Source of the DNA: a virus
DNA length: 64,000 nucleotides
IMG/VR virus record: IMGVR_UViG_3300042482_001698
Location: 19,755-83,754 of that record
Strand: one strand, 5' to 3'
A program made the position numbers and the translations under genes. Shown here piece by piece: positions 56,976-64,000 of the stretch (position 1 is its first letter; each line of letters begins with the position of its first letter). Under the pieces are notes generated by a model that ran no database searches, was not told where the DNA came from, and saw nothing but the letters and a program-made list of their open reading frames with translations.

Positions 56976-58187
56976 TTACCATTTTCGCATTGCTGCTCTT
57001 CTAGCATATGTCACGTTTGCGGCAAATGGATTATCAGTTGACCTGATGATGTTTTGTTCTGGGGGAACAGTATCTGCAACAGGCATTGGCCTATTAGCAT
57101 TTCCATCTGGATTTAGACCAACTCGTTTGTAATAAGCTGCTTTTTGTTCTGGGCTAAGACCAGAACCACTAGAAGGACTAGAAGCGGTTTGTCTTTCAAT
57201 TCCATCAAGACTGCGTGGTGTTGCTTCAGATGGTGAATTAAAACTAGTTAATTGATTTGAAGATGAACCTATTTCTGGATTGTATGACATTTTGTCATTG
57301 CCAAAACTCATAGTTGATCCTGTTCCTGATCCTGTATCGGCTACTGGTGCAATCTTTCCTTTACCGCTCATTCTTTGTTGATAAGCTGCTATTTGTTCTG
57401 GGCTAAGTCCAGTTCTAGTATTACCCATTAATGATCCACCTGCACCATCAGTGTTGAATCCAGATCCCATTGACAACATTTTACTTGTGTCTGATGGGGT
57501 AGAAGAAAAATTGTAATCTCCTCCAGATTGACCTTTGCCTGCCATATAAGTTGGCTTTCCTCTTTGTTGTAAGCCTACAGAGCCAGATTGATCTCCTCCA
57601 GAATCGAGTTTTGTTCCTGTGCTGCCTACTTGTCCAAGTCCTACTTGTCCACGAGATACTGGTTGTCCAAGAGATTTTGATTTTAGCATAGCAATCATTT
57701 CTTTGACTTTTTCTTTTTGTATATTTTTTGGAAAACTTAATATTTTAAATACTGTTCTTTTCATCGTCTCATCACTGTATTTGGAATCATTTATCCCATT
57801 TTTCCTAAGATGATCACGCAAAATTTCTATTTGCTTTTGAATGTTATTTGTATTTGGCTTGGCAGAGAGTTCTTTTTGTTTTTCTCGTGCTTGAATGTCT
57901 GATGCAATTGCGTTCAAATCATAACTTGGTTTTGGTTTAGGTCTTGGTTCATATGGCTTATCTTTAAAAGGATTAGAAGAACTATCGTACCCTGCTGATC
58001 TTGATCCAACATCTTTGGAAATTAACTCTAAATCATAGTCTGGAGTTGGAACTCTTTTACCAAAGCCCCACAGTTCGTCTATTCTATTAAATTCCTCTTC
58101 ATCAAACACATTTTCATTAATCATTGAACTATTATTGATTAATGAAAATTTATTTTTATGTTCAATGAATTCAAAATAACTTCGCAT
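56976..58187 (-). CDS. low-complexity G/S-rich protein with a putative capsid-targeting N-terminus
   Basis: MRSYFEFIEH; internal repeats YDL..I..D and GLSPEQ.AAY...PVADT. Confidence 0.7.
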   Translation of the reverse strand: MRSYFEFIEHKNKFSLINNSSMINENVFDEEEFNRIDELWGFGKRVPTPDYDLELISKDVGSRSAGYDSSSNPFKDKPYEPRPKPKPSYDLNAIASDIQAREKQKELSAKPNTNNIQKQIEILRDHLRKNGINDSKYSDETMKRTVFKILSFPKNIQKEKVKEMIAMLKSKSLGQPVSRGQVGLGQVGSTGTKLDSGGDQSGSVGLQQRGKPTYMAGKGQSGGDYNFSSTPSDTSKMLSMGSGFNTDGAGGSLMGNTRTGLSPEQIAAYQQRMSGKGKIAPVADTGSGTGSTMSFGNDKMSYNPEIGSSSNQLTSFNSPSEATPRSLDGIERQTASSPSSGSGLSPEQKAAYYKRVGLNPDGNANRPMPVADTVPPEQNIIRSTDNPFAANVTYARRAAMRKW

Positions 58188-58296
58188 ATTTACCTCATAA
58201 AATAATTACTTGCTTTATTTATTCATTTTTTTTAAATAATTATCATTAAAAAATGAATTTAGCAATACAACTTCATAATGATTCTGTCACGAAAGC

Positions 58297-58304
58297 TATA
58301 AATA
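58297..58304 (+). promoter_or_regulatory. T4-like late promoter TATAAATA, probably leaderless
   Basis: exact consensus 6 nt before the ATG at 58311. Confidence 0.6.
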
Positions 58305-58310
58305 ATTATT

Positions 58311-59036
58311 ATGCAAAGTTTTTTTTCATTTTTAGTCGAGCGGGAGACAACTCTTCAATATCATGACGAGTTGAACCCCAAATTGTGGAAGAACAATAAT
58401 TTGGATCAGGAAGTAAGAAAACATCTTTTGAAAATAGCTGAATTTTTCCGTGATTTTGCGAAAATTCCCAAAGAAGCCATCAAAGATATTATTTTCACGG
58501 GTGGAAATGCAAATTTTAATTACACGGAATTATCTGATATTGACGTGCATTTGATAATTGATAAGAAAAAACTTAAAGTTTGTAGTCCAGAAATAATGGA
58601 TGATTACCTTTCTAACAAGAAGGCACTTTGCTCTTTAACTCATGATATTAAGGTTAAGGGTTATCCTGTTGAACTTTACGCTCAAGGAACTGATGACAAG
58701 TCAAGTAGCGATCAAGGTGTTTTCAGTTTAATGCAAAATAAATGGATCAAAGACCCAAAGAAAGTAAAAGTTGATTACAAAGATCCTTATCTTCAGAAAA
58801 AGATTAAGGAAATAGCAAGCAACATGGAAAAGTTCATGAAGCATAAAGGCAATAAAGTTGCACAGATGAAAGCTTACAAGGAAAGAATTCGTTCACTTCG
58901 TGGAATAGCTCTTCAAAAGGGAGGAGAATTCAGTTTAGAAAACTTAGCTTTCAAAGAACTCAGAAACAGAGGACTTATTGACAAGTTCTCAAATTACATC
59001 AAAAATATTGAAGATCATGAACTAGGTTTAGACTAA
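58311..59036 (+). CDS. Pol-beta-like nucleotidyltransferase
   Basis: FTGGNANFNY...SDIDVH, VELY, GEFS.ENL.FK.LR. Confidence 0.8.
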   Translation: MQSFFSFLVERETTLQYHDELNPKLWKNNNLDQEVRKHLLKIAEFFRDFAKIPKEAIKDIIFTGGNANFNYTELSDIDVHLIIDKKKLKVCSPEIMDDYLSNKKALCSLTHDIKVKGYPVELYAQGTDDKSSSDQGVFSLMQNKWIKDPKKVKVDYKDPYLQKKIKEIASNMEKFMKHKGNKVAQMKAYKERIRSLRGIALQKGGEFSLENLAFKELRNRGLIDKFSNYIKNIEDHELGLD

Positions 59037-59115
59037 TAATTATTCAGCAACTGAATAAAGCGCACTATAATTAAGCTGTGGTCATAGAGAGGTCGGAGTT
59101 TTTGCTCCGTTTTTG

Positions 59116-59958
59116 ATGAAAGTTGTCTACATTGTTAATGAGTCTCCATTTTACATGGTTTTAGTTTATTTTAGCCTTATTTCTTTGAGGCGATATAATC
59201 CTAAAATTCCAGTGGAAATTCTATGCATTCGTGATAAAAATCAACATAGCCGTCAAATTTCTGGTTACAAAGAAAAAAAACTTGGTGTTCCATGGTTTAA
59301 TTTTAGTCAATTTGTTCATGAATGCAGCAAAATGAATGTAATTTTCAATATAGTTGAAGATTTAGACATGGGCGAGGAACAAGGATTTACTCCAATTCAG
59401 AGAAAAGAATTTGTAAGAGTGGACGGTGAAAATATTCTTTTGTTGGACGCAGATACATTTATTTTTGCTGATATTACATCATTGTTTGATTCGTACAAAA
59501 ACTATGACATTGTTGGCGATAAAAACAATATGAAAAAGAATGGTGTTAATTTACCAATTTGTGAAAAACATTTCTATCCTTTTAATTCTGGAGTAATTTT
59601 GTTTCGCAATGGAACATTCCAAGAGTATGGAAGAAAGGTTTATGATTTATGCGTCAATATAAAGAGAGAAAATCATTCTGTTGGTAAGTATTTTTCAAAT
59701 TTGGCAAATAAAATAAACGAAAGTGTTGTTAAGTGTATGGGGTTTAGAGAAGAATTAGCTTTCACCACATTTGTTATTGAAAATAATTTTAAAAGCACAT
59801 ATTTTGATTCGACAGAAGTGCAAACGTATAAATTAAATGGTCCAACTAAAATATTTCACACAATAACTCCAAACTGGTATGCAACATGGCTAAAATTTCA
59901 TAGAGCAGGAAAATGGCATGGGCCAAAGAAGATTAAATGCAAGTTTTTCAACCGCTAA
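59116..59958 (+). CDS. GT-A fold glycosyltransferase (GT8-like)
   Basis: SL.SLRRYNP, LLDADTF, FNSGV. Confidence 0.75.
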   Translation: MKVVYIVNESPFYMVLVYFSLISLRRYNPKIPVEILCIRDKNQHSRQISGYKEKKLGVPWFNFSQFVHECSKMNVIFNIVEDLDMGEEQGFTPIQRKEFVRVDGENILLLDADTFIFADITSLFDSYKNYDIVGDKNNMKKNGVNLPICEKHFYPFNSGVILFRNGTFQEYGRKVYDLCVNIKRENHSVGKYFSNLANKINESVVKCMGFREELAFTTFVIENNFKSTYFDSTEVQTYKLNGPTKIFHTITPNWYATWLKFHRAGKWHGPKKIKCKFFNR

Positions 59959-60803
59959 CGCAAATCTCCTTGTCGTGTTTTACACACAACAAAATCATGA
60001 GGAACAATATTGTTTCTGCGTAAATATTTTGCAATCTTGTTTTGAATGTAATTAAGCTGATTATAAATTGTTTGTCTACTTAATGGCGTGTCAACTTTGG
60101 GACTTTTATAAATTCTTCTGTATTCATCATACCAATTAGATCCATCCTCAAGACCTCTGTTGATATAACTAATTAACATAAATGATTCTTGTTCGCTAAG
60201 ACGACATTCCTTAATAACACACTGAATATCATTTTCAAAATTTGAGTAATCTTCCGAATAGTTTTTTGGGAAAACAGTCAGATCAAATTTATTTTCTTTG
60301 TAGTCTGATTCATTATAAATGTTGATTTTTGAGCGTCTTGCAATTTTCAATCGCTCTTTATGCATTTTCCCACGAATTCTCATAAAGATTGCTTTGTGAA
60401 CAAATGTTGTGAATTTAGCTTCAATTTTATATGTTCGATATTGCCAAGTGGCAGAGCGAATAGCTAAATAACCATCAGTTACATATTGATCATATTGATC
60501 TATGGTTAAATTAAATTTACGCATGATGTTGAAAATCATGGCGCTATATTGTTCTAATAATATATTTTCAATTTCAGCCGCATAAAACATCACCTTGAGA
60601 TCTTTTGATAATTGAGACCTAAAGTTTTTTTCTGTAATGCTTTTGTAATGGCTGGAATCTCTCCTGAGAATTTGAATGAACTTCATGTAATCACGTTTTT
60701 TAATGTTGAAATATCTTGACCACTTATAGCCAAGATCATTGGCTGTTTTTAGTTTTTGAAAATCAACTAGCTCGTTAATGTTATTACGCATCTTGCTGAT
60801 CAT
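59955..60803 (-). CDS. sigma-70-like factor, paralog B
   Basis: region-2-like YVTDGYLAIRSATWQY....AKFTTFVHKAI; LSEQE; SRQTIYN. Confidence 0.7.
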   Translation of the reverse strand: MISKMRNNINELVDFQKLKTANDLGYKWSRYFNIKKRDYMKFIQILRRDSSHYKSITEKNFRSQLSKDLKVMFYAAEIENILLEQYSAMIFNIMRKFNLTIDQYDQYVTDGYLAIRSATWQYRTYKIEAKFTTFVHKAIFMRIRGKMHKERLKIARRSKINIYNESDYKENKFDLTVFPKNYSEDYSNFENDIQCVIKECRLSEQESFMLISYINRGLEDGSNWYDEYRRIYKSPKVDTPLSRQTIYNQLNYIQNKIAKYLRRNNIVPHDFVVCKTRQGDLR

Positions 60804-61642
60804 GTCTTTATCTTTCTGCTAATATCGAAATTTTTTGGTAACATATCATTTTTTTCAAAGAACTTTAGAAGTTTTTTATGAAGAATCTCAAGTTGATTGT
60901 AAATTGCCTGACGACTATAGGGCAGGCCTATTTTTTCATTTATATATTTTTTTCTATATTCATCATACCATCTTCCATTATCCATCTTATGATTTGCAAA
61001 ACTACGAAGCATCATCGCTTCCTGATCATTTAATTTATTTTGAATAATAACATTTTCTATGTCTGACTCAAGTTCTCGTTCAGAATCAGAATATTGTTTG
61101 CAATTAACATGATTGTTAATGTTGAAAGATCCTTCGTCGTAATCACTTTCAAAACTTATCCTCAAATTATGACGACGATCTCTTTTTTCTTTCTCTTTGC
61201 AAAGCTTACCTTTAATTCTCATGAATATTGCCCTATGGGCATAAGTTGTGAATGATGCTTTCACTTTATATGTTCTGTACTGCCAAGTAGCAGCACGAAT
61301 TGCCATGAAACCGTCTGTGACATATTCATCGAAATCATTCTGATCAATCCTGAATTTCTTCATAATGTTGAATATCATGGCGTGATATTGCTTGATAAGA
61401 ACATTTTCAACTTCTGCTGCGTAAAACATCACCTTACAGTCTTTTGTAAACTGTGACCTGTATTTTACTTCAAGTTGTTTTTTAACTGATTCTGGATTTT
61501 TAAAGATATTATACATGAATCTCATGTATTCTCTTTTGCCAATACCAAATCTTGTTGACCATTTATGACAAATGTCATTGCATTTTTTAAGTTTTTCAAA
61601 ATCCACAAGTTTTTTTATATCGTCATGCATCTTGCTGATCAT
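60800..61642 (-). CDS. sigma-70-like factor, paralog A
   Basis: YVTDGFMAIRAATWQY....ASFTTYAHRAI; LNDQE; SRQAIYN; colinear with paralog B. Confidence 0.7.
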   Translation of the reverse strand: MISKMHDDIKKLVDFEKLKKCNDICHKWSTRFGIGKREYMRFMYNIFKNPESVKKQLEVKYRSQFTKDCKVMFYAAEVENVLIKQYHAMIFNIMKKFRIDQNDFDEYVTDGFMAIRAATWQYRTYKVKASFTTYAHRAIFMRIKGKLCKEKEKRDRRHNLRISFESDYDEGSFNINNHVNCKQYSDSERELESDIENVIIQNKLNDQEAMMLRSFANHKMDNGRWYDEYRKKYINEKIGLPYSRQAIYNQLEILHKKLLKFFEKNDMLPKNFDISRKIKT

Positions 61643-61656
61643 GATAACTTCCTTAT

Positions 61657-62097
61657 TTATATTATTTCTTCCAATCCGAAATTAAAATTCCAATGTCTGT
61701 TTGTTGATTCTATTTCATCTACAATTTTTTTCAAGAAGTTTCTTTTGTCAGTGTAATGTTTAATTCCATTATTTATCTGATCTTCTCTTGGTCCATCAAC
61801 ATCTCCATAAACTAACATCTCAGAAATCATACCTATCGGATCTCTATTTCTTGAATCAACTGTTGATGTAACATGATTCGTGATATATTCATCTGTAAGA
61901 TATGCTTGTTTTTTCATTGACTCATAATCGAAGCAACGAGTCAGACTGATTACTTGTTTGAGATTCAACTCCATTTTAATTAAAACTTTGGGATCAGATC
62001 TTTCTATTATGATATTTTTTTCGTCAAAACATTCTTGATAAATATGGACCACCCCGTCCCAATACATACTGCATTTCGTTGACATTACTTGCTCCAA
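61657..62097 (-). CDS. hypothetical protein
   Basis: 146-aa ORF. Confidence 0.6.
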   Translation of the reverse strand: MEQVMSTKCSMYWDGVVHIYQECFDEKNIIIERSDPKVLIKMELNLKQVISLTRCFDYESMKKQAYLTDEYITNHVTSTVDSRNRDPIGMISEMLVYGDVDGPREDQINNGIKHYTDKRNFLKKIVDEIESTNRHWNFNFGLEEII

Positions 62098-62267
62098 CGA
62101 TACTTTGTTTCATTTCTCAACTCGTCAATTATTTTACATTTATCAACAATCTGATGCAATAGATAAAAAATTAAATTCGCTTCTTTTTCATTACCTGATT
62201 CACGCATTTTTATAGCATCGTCAAAAAGATGTTGATTATTTTCATGAAAATCTGAAACTTCACTCAT
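62085..62267 (-). CDS. hypothetical protein
   Basis: 60 aa; GGAG RBS. Confidence 0.5.
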   Translation of the reverse strand: MSEVSDFHENNQHLFDDAIKMRESGNEKEANLIFYLLHQIVDKCKIIDELRNETKYRWSK

Positions 62268-62281
62268 TTTTTCTCCAATAT

Positions 62282-62563
62282 CTAATCAAGACTTTCTCTC
62301 AATAATTCTGATTCTTGCAAAAAATTAATTATTGTTTTAGATTTTTCACCATCAAGCAAAATTTCGTCATAAGAAAAGACCTGATGACCAAAGATATATT
62401 TAATTGCAATCCATATTCTTCTAAAAAATGATCTCTCTGGATTTAAATAGATATCTATTGAAACATCTAGATCGCAAATCTTACCATCTTTTTCCCATTT
62501 GTTCATCGACAGTCTGACAATGTGATCTGGGCTTCCACACTTACATGTGATGAACTTTTCCAT
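62282..62563 (-). CDS. conserved phage hypothetical protein
   Basis: C.C....H; F.RIWIAIKYIFG; AGGAG RBS. Confidence 0.65.
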   Translation of the reverse strand: MEKFITCKCGSPDHIVRLSMNKWEKDGKICDLDVSIDIYLNPERSFFRRIWIAIKYIFGHQVFSYDEILLDGEKSKTIINFLQESELLRESLD

Positions 62564-62685
62564 TCTTTTCTCCTTTGGAACAAAAAACTGTAAAGATTTT
62601 TACCATTACCATTTTCTAATGTAAAATAGAGGTGTTGACAAAATTGTTTTGTCCACATGCTGAATTTTCTTAAAAGGCGGAAGTC

Positions 62686-63039
62686 ATGTCAGAAAAGGAA
62701 TGTTACGAAAAAGCAAGAAACAATTTGATTAAAAAATGCAAAAGAATCATCGCTTTGGCCAATCTGAATGCCCCAGAGATTATTATTTGCAATGAGATCA
62801 AAGGCATCCATACTATGATGCCTATGTTTGAAAAAGGATACCGTTATTTTCTGGAACGTGAAATCGAAGACAAAATGAAATTAGAGAAAAATAAACTTGG
62901 ATTATGCATTGAAATTAACTGTAAAAATGAAATTTTAAAGGCTAGTAAATATGATTTTGGCCACATAATGTGCTATATGTGTCAAAATAAATATGATAAC
63001 TCCCTTGAAACACAAATAAATGATGAGAAAAATTTGTAA
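62686..63039 (+). CDS. hypothetical protein with C-terminal Cys cluster
   Basis: 117-aa ORF. Confidence 0.55.
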   Translation: MSEKECYEKARNNLIKKCKRIIALANLNAPEIIICNEIKGIHTMMPMFEKGYRYFLEREIEDKMKLEKNKLGLCIEINCKNEILKASKYDFGHIMCYMCQNKYDNSLETQINDEKNL

Positions 63040-63073
63040 AACAATCTAAATAATTTAAGCAATGGGGAGAACT

Positions 63074-64000
63074 ATGAGAAATTTTGATAATTGGTTATTT
63101 GGTCGTGATCGTAATCTTTACGAAACAATGTCTAGAGAGAATATGTCAGACGATGATATGGATGCCCTGAAAGCGGCTCACCGTCAGGCCAAGGAAGAAG
63201 ACGAACTTGAAGAAAAAGCTCGTTCTATTAGGTATCTTGCAAACATTAAGAAGAAAATTGAAGGATGGGTAGACTCTCATCGCAAGGGAACTAAGAGTCT
63301 GAAATTTATAGCCGCAGCATTAGTTAATCACGCTAAAACCAAAGAGGGAATTCGCAGCAATCTTCGTCAAGTCTATAATCATGAATTTAAAAATTTGAAG
63401 GACTTACAGCATGTGTTCTCTCACGAAAGCCTGATTAAACATTTGACTAATATTGATTCTCTTCACGCATTGAATATGATTGTCAACTCCGATTTCGATG
63501 ATCAACTCTTGAGTCTTGAAAAAGATCCAATGCATCACAAGACAGATCATTCTCACGGAGATCTTGGCAAGAAGTTTGCTAATTTTGTTGTAAGCCACAT
63601 TAAACACGCTACCGATGATGTTCTAGGAATTTTACTTGGCGGTCATCATAATAAAGAAGATGATAACAAAGATAAACCAGAATCACCAGAAGGGGCAGAC
63701 CAGTTTAATATGGCAAACGCTGGCGGTCCCCAATCACAAGACGCAAATAATATGAACGCTGCTCCACCTCCTCCGCAAATTGGACAAGGTGGCCAAAATC
63801 AAATGGGAATGATGCCTGACGATCCAATGGGAGCAAGCCCTCAAATGGGAGCAAGCCCTCAAATGGGAGGTGACCCTCAAATGGGAGCAAGCCCTCAAAT
63901 GGGAGCAAGCCCTCAAATGGGAGCAAGCCCTCAAATGGGAGCAAGCCCTCAAATGGGAGCAAGCCCTCAAATGGGAGCAAGCCCTCAAATGGGAGCAAGC
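63074..64000 (+). CDS. partial CDS running off the window, with PQMGAS repeats (absent from the ORF track)
   Basis: GGAG RBS; open frame from MRNFDNWLFGRDRNLYE to the end of the window. Confidence 0.8.
   Translation, partial: MRNFDNWLFGRDRNLYETMSRENMSDDDMDALKAAHRQAKEEDELEEKARSIRYLANIKKKIEGWVDSHRKGTKSLKFIAAALVNHAKTKEGIRSNLRQVYNHEFKNLKDLQHVFSHESLIKHLTNIDSLHALNMIVNSDFDDQLLSLEKDPMHHKTDHSHGDLGKKFANFVVSHIKHATDDVLGILLGGHHNKEDDNKDKPESPEGADQFNMANAGGPQSQDANNMNAAPPPPQIGQGGQNQMGMMPDDPMGASPQMGASPQMGGDPQMGASPQMGASPQMGASPQMGASPQMGASPQMGASPQMGAS
63827..64000 (+). repeat. 18-bp coding tandem repeat ATGGGAGCAAGCCCTCAA, at least 9.7 copies
   Basis: directly visible; the third copy is the variant ATGGGAGGTGACCCTCAA. 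Confidence 0.95.

Noticed and set aside
63705-63998. Minus-strand ORFs LLPFEG(n) and RACSHL(n), or a CRISPR array
   Set aside because: These are shadow frames of the + strand PQMGAS repeat. The units are contiguous with no spacers.

Overview
AT-rich, densely coding 64-kb segment of what looks like a very large (jumbo-type) bacteriophage genome, in the standard genetic code. No capsid, terminase or polymerase genes are in this window. It is an accessory and host-takeover region. It carries four sigma-70-family factors, CsrA, ClpX, an MscL-like channel, a ParB-like protein, a BCS1-like AAA ATPase, a SET-domain protein, an amidoligase plus gamma-glutamylcyclotransferase, several glycosyltransferases, DNA methyltransferases, HNH nucleases, and lectin-like and RCC1-like proteins. 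Several host-like genes resemble Planctomycetota homologues (inference from recalled motifs). Three tRNA genes were found by hand: tRNA-Arg(UCU) with a long variable arm, tRNA-Ile2(CAU) split after U33 by a 248-nt group I intron, and tRNA-Ile(UAU). The most notable unexplained structures are: (1) a dispersed intergenic element with a TCYGTTGACGG core, clustered at 16-31 kb around the parB-like and csrA genes; (2) seven unrelated proteins sharing a T4-like capsid-targeting N-terminal motif, several apparently made from leaderless TA(A/T/G)ATA late-type promoters; (3) a ~75-aa C-terminal domain used both alone and fused to different N-terminal modules; (4) redundant decoders for the AUA codon. 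All family assignments come from motif recognition, not database searches.
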